Notes under the pieces: model-generated
Seen by the model: the letters and a program-made list of their open reading frames with translations, nothing else
Databases searched by the model: none
Told to the model about the DNA's origin: nothing
Source of the DNA: Fidelibacterota bacterium
Lineage (GTDB): Bacteria > Fidelibacterota > JAANXI01
Assembly: GCA_021734025.1 (NCBI GenBank)
Contig: JAIPJS010000007.1
Span: 103,785-167,784, forward strand
Reading direction: 5' to 3'
DNA length: 64,000 bases
In this document: positions 26,648 through 36,341 of the stretch, piece by piece
How the letters are laid out: each line of letters opens with the position of its first letter
How positions within the stretch are numbered: the stretch's first letter is position 1
Program-made: the position numbers and the translations under genes

Positions 26648-28066
26648 ATGGCTGAATATCCGATAAAGAAGGGCGAGGAATTCGAGGCGGAGATCGAACC
26701 AACGCTGGCCTTTGGCGGGAACGGCATTACCCGGATTGACGATTACGTAGTATTCGTTCGGAATGTGCTCCCGGGGGCAAAGGTGAAGGCGAAGCTGGTG
26801 AAACGTAAGAGCAGCTACGGCGAAGCGATTCCCCTGGAAGTCCTGGAGGATTCGCCCCACAAGGTGGATTGGCCGTGTCCACACTATCCCGAATGCGGCG
26901 GCTGTAAGTTCCAGGATCTGGATTACCAGGTGCAGCTGGAGAACAAGCGGGAGCAGGTACGGGACCTGTTGGAGCGGGTCGGCAAATTTGAAAATATTGA
27001 CGTAAAGCCTACCCTCGGTTCGGAGAAAAAATTTCATTATCGTAACAAGATGGAGTTTTCCTTCGGCAATAATCGCTGGATTCTGGAGGAGGACGATCCC
27101 GGGACGCCGGCTGACTTTGCGTTCGGTCTGCACGCGCCCGGTCGCTGGGACAAGGTGCTGGATCTGGACCTCTGTTACCTGCAGAGCGACATCCGCAACG
27201 AGATCTTTGCGCACGTCAAGCAGCACGTGTTAGAACACGATATAAGCGTCTGGGATCTGGAGGATAAAAAAGGCTACCTTCGATACCTGGTAATCCGGGA
27301 AGGCGAATACACCGGTCAAATTATGTTGAATTTCGTCACCGGCGAAGATGATCCGGAACGGTTGACGCCGCTGGTAGAAAATCTGGTGGAGAAATACGAC
27401 CAGATTCACAGCGTGGTGAATAACGTGAATACCAGTCCCGGTGAATCGGCAATCGGCGAGATTGAGTACCTCATGTACGGAGAAGATGCCATTGTGGATA
27501 AAATTGGCAAACTGGAGTTCGAGATTTCGGCGAATTCATTTTTCCAGACCAACACCCTGCAGGCGGAAGTGTTGTACGAGCAGATCGAGCAGGTGGCCGA
27601 TGTGCAGGAAGGCGACGTCATTTACGACCTCTATTGCGGTACGGGTACTATTGCCCTTTATCTTGCGGAGAATGCGCAGCGAGTCTACGGCTTCGAGATT
27701 AACCAGGAAGCCATTGAAAACGCCACCCGGAACGCCTATAACAACGAAATATTTAATGCGCAATTCGATCGACTGGATATGAATCGGCACCTGGATTTTC
27801 ACGAAAAACTCAAGGAGATCGAAAAGCCGGATATCGTCATCATCGATCCGCCGCGGTCGGGCTTACATCCGAAATCGTTGAAAGAGTTGAAGCAGCTCCA
27901 TCCGGATAAATTCGTGTACGTCTCCTGCAATCCCAGCACACTGGCCAGAGATTTGAAAAACCTGTGCGACGGGACGGGTTATGAACTCACTTACATCCAA
28001 CCGGTGGACATGTTTCCGCACACGCCGCACGTGGAGGTTGTGACCAAACTGGAGAAGCGCTCATGA
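26648..28066 (+). CDS. rlmD: 23S rRNA (uracil-C5)-methyltransferase, RlmD/RumA family
   Basis: TRAM-like N-terminus. Cys cluster CPHYPECGGCKFQ. SAM motif DLYCGTGT. IIDPPRSG. ATG at 26648 with SD gaggag. Confidence 0.85.
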   Translation: MAEYPIKKGEEFEAEIEPTLAFGGNGITRIDDYVVFVRNVLPGAKVKAKLVKRKSSYGEAIPLEVLEDSPHKVDWPCPHYPECGGCKFQDLDYQVQLENKREQVRDLLERVGKFENIDVKPTLGSEKKFHYRNKMEFSFGNNRWILEEDDPGTPADFAFGLHAPGRWDKVLDLDLCYLQSDIRNEIFAHVKQHVLEHDISVWDLEDKKGYLRYLVIREGEYTGQIMLNFVTGEDDPERLTPLVENLVEKYDQIHSVVNNVNTSPGESAIGEIEYLMYGEDAIVDKIGKLEFEISANSFFQTNTLQAEVLYEQIEQVADVQEGDVIYDLYCGTGTIALYLAENAQRVYGFEINQEAIENATRNAYNNEIFNAQFDRLDMNRHLDFHEKLKEIEKPDIVIIDPPRSGLHPKSLKELKQLHPDKFVYVSCNPSTLARDLKNLCDGTGYELTYIQPVDMFPHTPHVEVVTKLEKRS

Positions 28067-29022
28067 CGCCTGATTACGGCGCACCGGCTATCAGCATCTC
28101 CGGGCTCTCCAAGTGGTACGACGATTTCCGGGCGCTGAAAGAGATCGATTTGCAGATAGAGCAGGGACAGTTTTACGGTCTGCTCGGCCCGAACGGCGCC
28201 GGCAAGAGTACAACCATTCATATCCTGACCGGATTGTCCAACTTCAAACAGGGTGATGTGAGAGTTTTTGGCAGAGATGTGGTGAGCGACTTTCGGTTTA
28301 CGCGTTCCAAAATTGGTCTGGCGGCGCAGGAATTCAACTTTGACCGGTTCTTCAACATCGAGAAACTCCTGACGCTCCAGGGCGGCTATTTCGGTCTGCC
28401 GCAAAAACAGGCAGCGAAGCGTGCCGAGGAATTGCTAAACCAGTTCGGTCTCATTGACAAGCGGAAGCAGGACTCCCGGAAGCTCTCCGGCGGGATGAAG
28501 CGCCGCTTGCAGATCGCCAAGGCGCTGGTACACGAACCGGAGATCCTGATCCTGGACGAACCCACCGCCGGCGTAGACGTGGAACTGCGCCACATGCTCT
28601 GGGACTACCTCCGGGAGTTGAACGATCGCGGTGTCACCATCCTGTTGACGACCCATTATATCGAGGAGGCCGAGCAGCTCTGTGAGGAGGTCTCCATCAT
28701 CAATCACGGCGAAATCATCGCGGATGGGTCGCCACACGATCTTATGGAAAATATGGGTATGGGTTGCATAGAGCTCCATCTCAGCGATCCGGTGGAAACG
28801 CTGCCTGAATCGCTAAACGGATACGATGCGGAAATCGAGGACAATTACATACGAATCAGATTAGAGAAGCCAAACAAGGAGCTACAGAACGTCATCAATG
28901 GCATCAACGTGTCCGAACTGGATCTGTACGAAGTCCGCATCCGCGAGAGCTCGCTGGAGGATGTGTTCGTGAAGCTCACCGGGAAATCCATGTCCGAGGA
29001 GGCCGCCAATGGACAACAGTAA
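28063..29022 (+). CDS. ABC transporter ATP-binding protein
   Basis: Walker A GPNGAGKST, signature LSGGMKRR, Walker B ILILDEP. Confidence 0.9.
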   Translation: MTPDYGAPAISISGLSKWYDDFRALKEIDLQIEQGQFYGLLGPNGAGKSTTIHILTGLSNFKQGDVRVFGRDVVSDFRFTRSKIGLAAQEFNFDRFFNIEKLLTLQGGYFGLPQKQAAKRAEELLNQFGLIDKRKQDSRKLSGGMKRRLQIAKALVHEPEILILDEPTAGVDVELRHMLWDYLRELNDRGVTILLTTHYIEEAEQLCEEVSIINHGEIIADGSPHDLMENMGMGCIELHLSDPVETLPESLNGYDAEIEDNYIRIRLEKPNKELQNVINGINVSELDLYEVRIRESSLEDVFVKLTGKSMSEEAANGQQ

Positions 29023-29779
29023 ATGGATAGGGTTCTTCACGGTACTCCGCCGGGAAATCGGCCGGTTTATGCGGCTCTATAAGCAGACTATTCTTCCATC
29101 GATTATCACCGCCGGACTCTTCCTGTTCATCTTCGGATATGCTCTGGGTAGTCGGATTTCCGAGATCAAGGGTGTGCCGTATATGCACTTTATCCTGCCG
29201 GGATTGGCCATGATGGCGGTGATTAACAATGCCTATAGCAATACGGCGTCTTCGCTGTTTCAGGCGAAGCAGCTAAAATTTTTGGAGGATATCCTCATTG
29301 CGCCGATCTCCGCAACCCAGGCGGCGCTGGCGTACATTCTCGGGGGCGCGGCCCGTGGATTTATCAATGGCACGATTATTCTGTTCATGGGCACAATCAT
29401 TTTTGATATTCAAATTCACAGCATTTTCATAACGCTGCTCCTCATTGCCATCGTCTCTATTGCCTTCAGCGCTACCGGGCTCATCTTCGGCATTCGGGCC
29501 GAGAATTACGATCAGGTGATGGTGCTGGTAACGTTTCTTATCACGCCGTTGGTGTACGTTGGCGGGGTGTTTTATTCCATAGATATGCTCCCCCCGGTGC
29601 TGCGCGGTGCGTCGTTGTTCAATCCGCTTTATTACATGGTGAATGGGCTCCGTTACGGGACTTTGGGAACGTACGATACCGCGCCGTTCGGTTCCATCGC
29701 CATGGCGGCGGCACTGACGATACTCAGCTTCGGCATCGGGGTGTTCCTTTTTTACAAAGGCTGGAAGATTAAGAGCTGA
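29009..29779 (+). CDS. ABC-2 type transporter permease
   Basis: 256 aa with 6 TM helices. Overlaps the upstream ATPase gene. Confidence 0.8.
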   Translation: MDNSKWIGFFTVLRREIGRFMRLYKQTILPSIITAGLFLFIFGYALGSRISEIKGVPYMHFILPGLAMMAVINNAYSNTASSLFQAKQLKFLEDILIAPISATQAALAYILGGAARGFINGTIILFMGTIIFDIQIHSIFITLLLIAIVSIAFSATGLIFGIRAENYDQVMVLVTFLITPLVYVGGVFYSIDMLPPVLRGASLFNPLYYMVNGLRYGTLGTYDTAPFGSIAMAAALTILSFGIGVFLFYKGWKIKS

Positions 29780-29992
29780 TTTTTATTGTGGGGCTAAAGC
29801 CCTAAAAGTTCGTTGTAACTTTTACCCCGCCATAAATGGCGGGGCTAGTCAAAAACAAGAATTTTTTCATGAATAGCCCCAGGATTTGGCCTGAAAATTC
29901 CATCACCGATCGCTGGCCGCGTCGGTGACGGTGTTATATTCTGATTATAACTGTCGGCGACGCTGAGAGTGATCACCGACAGTTAATGGTAG

Positions 29993-30041
29993 CCATTCCG
30001 ACAGGAGCGAAGTGGAGTGGAGGAATCTGGTTAAATGAACC
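29993..30041 (+). repeat. Module E head (CCATTCCGAC..GGAGGAATCTGG..AAATGAACC)
   Basis: Related to 32322-32375 and 32483-32535. Confidence 0.6.
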
Positions 30042-30122
30042 TTCGTGGGGAAATTAACAATAACCGTCTCAGGAAAAATTCCATTTGTGATTGTTTACGG
30101 TTTATTGATCTCCGTATCCAAT

Positions 30123-30263
30123 CACACAACTCCATCCTTTCCCAGGGGGCTCCCGTTGGGGCTGGCTTCCTTCCTCTTCCGAAGAGGAAGGAAGAACGCG
30201 TATCCGCCGAATATCTATTTCCCCTCTCTTCGAAGAGAGGGGAACCAAAGGGGTGAGTTGTGT
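30123..30263. repeat. Module D composite palindromic element (largest copy)
   Basis: cacacaactcc...13-bp stem cttccttcctctt/aagaggaaggaag...10-bp palindrome cccctctctt/aagagagggg...ggtgagttgtgt. Confidence 0.75.
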
Positions 30264-30388
30264 TTGATAATAAAAACATTAATTTCTCCCTATATAAAAA
30301 TAGCCTCAGGCTTTCCCAACAGGATCCCTTTAAGGTCAGCCTGGGTTGAATAAATACTAAAATTTTACGTCCTGTAGTGCTTGCTAAT

Positions 30389-32254
30389 ATGATCGATCTC
30401 CTCATCATATTCGCCTTTATCGTTTACAGTATTAGTAACGGATTTCGTCACCAGTCCAAAGCTTCGGAAAACCTGGAAGAGTACTTCCTGGCCGGCCGCT
30501 CGGTAAAGGGGTGGAAGGCCGGTTTCAGCATGGCAGCCACCCAGTTCGCTGCGGATACGCCGCTGCTGGTCACGGGACTCATTGCTACCGGCGGTATCTT
30601 TATGCTCTGGCGGCTTTGGATCTACGGGCTGGGCTTCCTGATGATCGGATTTCTGCTGGGACGTGCCTGGCGCCGGGCGCAGGTCATCACCGATGCCGAA
30701 CTTACCGAAATTCGCTACAGCGGACGTGGGGTGCTGGCACTCCGGGGACTGAAGGCGATTTACTACGGGACGGTGATGAACTGCACCATCATGGCCATGG
30801 TACTGGTAGCGGCCACTCGGATCAGCGAGGTTTTCCTTCTCTGGCACCAATGGCTGCCGGATTCGATCTACCAGCCTATCTTAAATTTGGTACAATACGT
30901 TGGTGTGCCGCTGGCGTCCGGCGCCACTGAGATGGGAACGTTCATTGCCACCACGAATAACGTCATCAGCATAGTTGTGATTATCGCGTTTACGGCGCTT
31001 TACTCCACCACCGGTGGGCTCCGTAGCGTTATCGCTACCGACAGTGTTCAATTTGTCATCGCCATGGTCGGGACGATCATCTATGCGATTATCGTGGTTA
31101 TTCAGTCCGGCGGCCTCGGAGATATCATTGCCAACCTGGTAGATCTGTACGGCCAGGCCAAGGCAAGCCAACTGCTTTCGTTCAGTCCGAATACCGGTGA
31201 GGCGCTACTTCCGTTCCTGGTGATTATCAGCCTTCAGTGGTTCTTCGAGCGGAACAGCGACGGTACCGGCTACTTTGCCCAGCGGCTGATGGCCTGTAAA
31301 AGCGATGACGATGCCCGGTTTGCCGCATTCATCTTCACCTGGCTTCAGATATTTCTTCGGAGTCTGGTCTGGCTGGTTATCGGCGTCGGTCTCCTGGTGA
31401 TTTATCCATTCGATCCCGGCACCGCAGGTGGCGAGGGGTTTACCGCCGCCCGGGAGATCCTGTTTGCCACCGGAATCAAAGATCTGCTGCCGGTGGGCGT
31501 TAAGGGACTCATGCTCACCGGCATGTTGGCCGCGCTGGCCTCCACCATCGACACCCATCTCACCTGGGGGGCGAGCTATTGGAGCAACGATATCTATCTG
31601 AGAATTGTTAATCGAAAGTGGTTGAACCGGGAGCCGTCTGACAGAGAGCAGGTGATCGTAGCCCGTCTCTCCAACGCCCTGATTCTTGGGATTGCCCTGG
31701 TGATTATGGCAAATCTGAAATCTATTCAAACGGCATGGTATATCACGCTCCTGTTCGGCGCAGGCACCGGTGCGGTACTGGTACTGCGATGGCTCTGGGA
31801 GCGCATCAACCTCTACTCGGAGATCTCCGCAATCATTGTATCACTGATTGTGGCACCGATTATCCTGTTTACCGTGGAAGCCGAGTGGCTCCGGCTCCTG
31901 CTGATGTCGTCCATTTCCACGGTTGTTGTAATAACCGTGACGCTCTTGACTCGCCCGACGAATCAGTCTGTGCTCCACGAGTTCTACCGTCGCGTTGATC
32001 CTCCCGGGTTCTGGCGAAATACCTCCGGGGATTTGCAGGTGGATACCGAGCGTCCCATGGATGCGTTCAAAGAGGGTGTGTATCTCACGATCACCACCAG
32101 TCTCTCAGTATTTCTACTGCTCATTGGTTTCGGGAAATTGATTCTGCCGAATCCGGCAGCGAACATCGCATATTCGTGGATTTATATCATAGTGGGATTT
32201 GCGAGTATCGGATTGTGGTGGAATAAGTTGATACCGAAGTTGCAGCGGTCATGA
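30389..32254 (+). CDS. Sodium:solute symporter (SSF) family transporter
   Basis: Polytopic, ~620 aa. YFLAGRSV and FAADTPL motifs. Start at ATG 30389 or GTG 30377. Confidence 0.8.
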   Translation: MIDLLIIFAFIVYSISNGFRHQSKASENLEEYFLAGRSVKGWKAGFSMAATQFAADTPLLVTGLIATGGIFMLWRLWIYGLGFLMIGFLLGRAWRRAQVITDAELTEIRYSGRGVLALRGLKAIYYGTVMNCTIMAMVLVAATRISEVFLLWHQWLPDSIYQPILNLVQYVGVPLASGATEMGTFIATTNNVISIVVIIAFTALYSTTGGLRSVIATDSVQFVIAMVGTIIYAIIVVIQSGGLGDIIANLVDLYGQAKASQLLSFSPNTGEALLPFLVIISLQWFFERNSDGTGYFAQRLMACKSDDDARFAAFIFTWLQIFLRSLVWLVIGVGLLVIYPFDPGTAGGEGFTAAREILFATGIKDLLPVGVKGLMLTGMLAALASTIDTHLTWGASYWSNDIYLRIVNRKWLNREPSDREQVIVARLSNALILGIALVIMANLKSIQTAWYITLLFGAGTGAVLVLRWLWERINLYSEISAIIVSLIVAPIILFTVEAEWLRLLLMSSISTVVVITVTLLTRPTNQSVLHEFYRRVDPPGFWRNTSGDLQVDTERPMDAFKEGVYLTITTSLSVFLLLIGFGKLILPNPAANIAYSWIYIIVGFASIGLWWNKLIPKLQRS

Positions 32255-32321
32255 GGATATTAGCGCTGCCAGCCATTGTATTATGGCTGACAGCGCCTCG
32301 TCCTCTTTCTTCTTAAGAAAA

Positions 32322-32446
32322 GTCATTCCGACCGAGCGTGAGCGAGTGGAGGAATCTGGTAAAAGAATCTCCAGAAGTAATCAGACGAGATCCTTCCCCG
32401 AAGGGATCCCTGTGGGGTTGCTTGCTCCGCTCGCTCAGGATGACTG
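32322..32446 (+). repeat. Module E unit 1 (GTCATTCCGA...GCTCAGGATGAC, IR-bounded)
   Basis: Tandem with unit 2. Shared blocks: gtcattccgac, ggaggaatct, agatccttcccc-aagggatccc, gctcaggatgactgg. Confidence 0.7.
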
Positions 32447-32482
32447 GTGGGGTATTTTTCGCGTACAAAGTTAAAAAAATGA

Positions 32483-32625
32483 GTCATTCCGACGGAGCCC
32501 GGTGTTCAGGGCGATTGGAGGAATCTCCTAAATGAACCTCCGGAGCATAAAAATACCAGATCCTTCCCCAAGGGGATCCCGTTGGGAGGACTACGTCACT
32601 CCGGAACCCCGCTCAGGATGACTGG
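32483..32625 (+). repeat. Module E unit 2
   Basis: See unit 1. Confidence 0.7.
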
Positions 32626-32726
32626 AGTGATGTCATTTTCCTAGCTCGATTCCACCGGAATTATTCTTACATTCATTGACTATGGGCATAATCGATTCCA
32701 AAAAACTGAGTTTCACTTAAAATCCT

Positions 32727-33200
32727 ATGCCGGATAAACCGAAAAAGGAACCGACGTCCCTCGGCTGGCGGGAGTGGATCGCCCTGCCGGAGTTGGGTAT
32801 CGATTATATCAAGGCGAAGATCGATACAGGCGCGCGGACATCGGCGCTGCACGTACATAACCTTAAAGTCTTGGAGGAAGTAGACGACGGGTACAGACTT
32901 CGGGTTGCTATCCATCCGGTACAGCGATCGTCGGAGAACGAGGTGACGGTCGAGGTACTGGCGCACGATAAGCGGAACGTCCGGAGTTCCGTCGGGCACG
33001 AGGAGCACCGGTACGTCATAGAAACGCCAGTAAAAATCGGCGATCGTGAGTTTCCTGTTGAGATTACATTGACCAACCGAGATGCCATGGGATTCCGGAT
33101 GCTTCTGGGACGATCGGCACTGCGGAAGGGATTTGTAATCAATCCGAAGAAGTCATTTGTACTGGGCAAACCAGAAGCAATTCAGAGAAAGGAACAGTAA
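32727..33200 (+). CDS. DUF785 / retropepsin-like putative protease (RimB-like)
   Basis: LGWREWIALPELGI..IKAKIDTGARTSALH motif. Immediately upstream of rimK. Confidence 0.75.
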   Translation: MPDKPKKEPTSLGWREWIALPELGIDYIKAKIDTGARTSALHVHNLKVLEEVDDGYRLRVAIHPVQRSSENEVTVEVLAHDKRNVRSSVGHEEHRYVIETPVKIGDREFPVEITLTNRDAMGFRMLLGRSALRKGFVINPKKSFVLGKPEAIQRKEQ

Positions 33201-33203
33201 TAC

Positions 33204-34109
33204 ATGAAGATTGGCGTCCTCTCACGGAAACCGAGTCTCTATTCCACCAGCAGGCTTATTGAGGCAGGAAAAGAACGCGGCCACGACATGCGGGTCATCA
33301 ATCACCTCGGATGCTACATGAATATTACCTCGCATCGGCCGAGCGTACACTACCGCGGCAGCGCGTTGACCGGCTACGATGCTATCATTCCCCGGATCGG
33401 CGCGAGTCATACCTTCTATGGGACCGCCATAGTCAGGCAATTCGAAGTGATGGGCGTTTTTTCCGCCAATGAATCCCAGGCGATTACCCGTTCCAGGGAT
33501 AAACTTAGGGCGTTTCAGCTTTTGGCCAGGAAGGGAATCGGTCTCCCGGTGACTGGCTTCGCCCGGAATATCCATGATATTGACGATCTCATAGAAATGG
33601 TGGGTGGTGCGCCGCTCATCGTGAAACTGATGGAAGGCACCCAGGGGATGGGCGTGGTGCTGGCGGAGACCAAGAAGGCCGCCGAATCGGTAATTCAGGC
33701 GTTTTACGGACTGAAATCCAACATCCTTGTGCAGGAATATATCAAAGAATCGAAAGGTACCGACATCCGGGCGTTCGTGATCGACAATAAGGTCGTGGCA
33801 TCCATGAAGCGCGTGGCCCAGGATGATGAGTTCCGCTCAAACATCCACCGGGGCGGCAGAGCCGAGACGGTCAAACTGACGCCAGAGGAACGCTCAACGG
33901 CAGTCCGGGCTGCGAAAACAATGGGATTGAAGATCGCTGGGGTGGATCTGCTGCGATCGAATCACGGCCCGGTGGTGATGGAGGTGAACTCGTCTCCGGG
34001 ATTGGAAGGCATAGAAAAGGCGACCGGTAAGGACATCGCTGACAGGATTATCCGGTTCCTGGAAAAAAACGCCAAACCGGGGAAGACCACCAACCGGGTT
34101 AAAGGTTAA
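33204..34109 (+). CDS. rimK: Ribosomal protein S6 L-glutamate ligase RimK (ATP-grasp)
   Basis: [21 protein letters not shown]-grasp motifs, [27 protein letters not shown]. Confidence 0.9.
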   Translation: MKIGVLSRKPSLYSTSRLIEAGKERGHDMRVINHLGCYMNITSHRPSVHYRGSALTGYDAIIPRIGASHTFYGTAIVRQFEVMGVFSANESQAITRSRDKLRAFQLLARKGIGLPVTGFARNIHDIDDLIEMVGGAPLIVKLMEGTQGMGVVLAETKKAAESVIQAFYGLKSNILVQEYIKESKGTDIRAFVIDNKVVASMKRVAQDDEFRSNIHRGGRAETVKLTPEERSTAVRAAKTMGLKIAGVDLLRSNHGPVVMEVNSSPGLEGIEKATGKDIADRIIRFLEKNAKPGKTTNRVKG

Positions 34110-34112
34110 CCC

Positions 34113-35105
34113 ATGTCCAACGATATCCTGAAAATCGGGGATAGTGATATTGCTCCCGGTGAGCGAAAAACCATAAACCTCCCCGTTGCGCGCCTCTATA
34201 CCAATAACTGGACGCACATGCCGGTGACGGTGGTTCGGGGGAAGACGCCGGGGCCGCAACTCTTCGTTTGTGCCGCACAGCACGGCGATGAGATTAACGG
34301 TGTGGAAATTATTCGTCGCCTGTTGAAGAGTAAGCGCCTGAAATCGCTGAAGGGGACGCTCATAGCCGTGCCCATCGTAAATGTATTTGGATTTATTCAT
34401 AGCTCCCGCTACCTGCCGGATCGTCGGGATCTGAACCGGTCGTATCCCGGATCGAAATCAGGTTCACTGGCCAGTCGGTTGGCGCATATTTTTATCGAAG
34501 AAATAGCATCCAATGCTACACACGGTATTGATATCCACACCGCAGCGGTACATCGATACAATCTGCCGCAGGTACGCGCCAATCTGAAGGACGAGGAAAC
34601 ACTTGCCATGGCCAAGGCATTCGGCACGCCGGTGATCATCCATTCCCGGCAGCGGAACAATTCTCTCCGGGCGACCCTGGCAGAGATGGAAAAACCGATC
34701 ATCGTTTACGAGGCCGGTGAGGCGCTCCGGTTAAACGAGTCCGTGATCAAGTTCGGTGTAAAGGGTATTATCCGGGTGATGCGTCACCTGGGAATGTTGC
34801 GGAAGTCCAAGTCCAAACCCACGGAGTCCGTGCGGACCGATAAAACCCAGTGGGTACGCGCGAAACAGAGCGGATTGATTCATTTGCGCGTGAAGGCTGG
34901 TAACCGGGTCAAACGACACGACACACTTGCGGTGATTACGGATCCGCTGGGCAATACTTCCGTGGAATTGAAGGCGCCGTATGAGGGCGTTGTAATTGGG
35001 CATACCAATCTCCCGCTGGTCAATGCCGGCGATGCTGCCGTTCATGTGGCCAAGCTGAAGGTCTCACCCGAGATCGAGGAAGAGCTGGAACTGCTGGAAG
35101 AGTGA
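34113..35105 (+). CDS. Succinylglutamate desuccinylase/aspartoacylase (AstE/AspA) family zinc hydrolase
   Basis: QHGDEING, DLNRSYPG and GIDIHT motifs. Confidence 0.8.
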   Translation: MSNDILKIGDSDIAPGERKTINLPVARLYTNNWTHMPVTVVRGKTPGPQLFVCAAQHGDEINGVEIIRRLLKSKRLKSLKGTLIAVPIVNVFGFIHSSRYLPDRRDLNRSYPGSKSGSLASRLAHIFIEEIASNATHGIDIHTAAVHRYNLPQVRANLKDEETLAMAKAFGTPVIIHSRQRNNSLRATLAEMEKPIIVYEAGEALRLNESVIKFGVKGIIRVMRHLGMLRKSKSKPTESVRTDKTQWVRAKQSGLIHLRVKAGNRVKRHDTLAVITDPLGNTSVELKAPYEGVVIGHTNLPLVNAGDAAVHVAKLKVSPEIEEELELLEE

Positions 35106-35192
35106 GCGGGAATTGACATTTGTCATCAGGGGCTGTAAACTCAGAGAATTCGTAGCAATAACAGACAGGGCAAAGGTTTCACGCCAGATCGC

Positions 35193-36341
35193 ATGAAACA
35201 CATCCGACAATTCTTCCGATTCCTGAATGAGCATAATATCCTCAAGATCTTCCTGGGGATCTTTGCTATTATGTTTATTGGTGGCACGTTGGTGTTGGTT
35301 TTCGAGCGTGCGGTGAATGCCGAAGGGTTCGATACCATCTGGGGCGCGTTTTGGTGGGCGCTCGTGACGATGACTACGGTGGGTTACGGAGATACAGTGC
35401 CTGTGACAATCGGCGGCCGTATCGTCGGAGTGCTGGTAATGTTCGCCGGGGTATCACTTGTTTCGTTGTTAACGGCGACGATTTCTTCTATCTTTGTAGC
35501 TCAGAAAATACGCGAGGGACAAGGCTTGGAACAGATCAAGTATACTGACCACATTATTATCTGCGGATGGAATATCCACGCTGAAAAACTCATTGATTCG
35601 CTGGTACGGTTGCGACCGATTTCCGATCTGAAGGTCGTGTTGATTAACGATCTCCCGGAGGAGCGGATCAACGATATCCTGTACAAGTATCGGGATATCC
35701 AGATCAGCTTTGTGCGTGGCGACTCGACCAGGGAGATTGTACTGGAGCGTGCCAATATTTCCAAAGCCCAATCAGTGATCGTGGTGCCGGATACGATGGC
35801 AATGGACAACAAAACCGCAGACGAACGTACAGTGCTGACGACACTGGCCATTAAAGGTTTATCCAGCCAGATTCATGTGGTGGCCTTTTTACAGAACCGT
35901 GATAATCAGAGCCATCTGCGTCGGGCGGACGTAGACGAAATTGTGGTGAGCGATGAGTTCGGTGGGTATCTCCTGGCAGCAAATGTTGTGGAACCCGGCG
36001 TGCCCCAGTCCGTACGGGAACTGCTTGATCCCGGTACGGAGCACAACCTGCATCGGCGTCAGGTCCCGAAAAATTTGGTGGGCCATCATTTTGAAGAGGT
36101 TTTCCGCTATTTTTACGATGAAAATGACGAGATTGCCATCGGAACATTCGCGGAGGAAGAGACCGTGAGCATCATGGATTTTCTGTCCGCGGATACATCG
36201 GCGCTGGACGCATTCATTAAGGAAAAACTGGAAAATTCCGGACACAAGGCAGAACAAGAGCAGATGGTCAGGGTCAACGTGAAGCCCGATAAAGATTACG
36301 AACTGAAGGAAAAAGACTGGATCATCGTTATAGGACAATGA
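35193..36341 (+). CDS. Potassium channel (2-TM pore) with RCK/TrkA-N domain
   Basis: Selectivity filter TTVGYGD. HIIICGWN Rossmann-like RCK start. Confidence 0.85.
   Translation: MKHIRQFFRFLNEHNILKIFLGIFAIMFIGGTLVLVFERAVNAEGFDTIWGAFWWALVTMTTVGYGDTVPVTIGGRIVGVLVMFAGVSLVSLLTATISSIFVAQKIREGQGLEQIKYTDHIIICGWNIHAEKLIDSLVRLRPISDLKVVLINDLPEERINDILYKYRDIQISFVRGDSTREIVLERANISKAQSVIVVPDTMAMDNKTADERTVLTTLAIKGLSSQIHVVAFLQNRDNQSHLRRADVDEIVVSDEFGGYLLAANVVEPGVPQSVRELLDPGTEHNLHRRQVPKNLVGHHFEEVFRYFYDENDEIAIGTFAEEETVSIMDFLSADTSALDAFIKEKLENSGHKAEQEQMVRVNVKPDKDYELKEKDWIIVIGQ

Noticed and set aside
26570-27226. 218-aa ORF on the - strand; likewise 43196..43756(-), 51098..51907(-), 44062..44598(-), 45406..45990(-), 38483..39163(-), 19004..19645(-)
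   Set aside because: These are antisense shadows of well-supported + strand genes (rlmD, DUF1844, the Gly-linker ORF, DUF2723, valS, nitroreductase/pirin).
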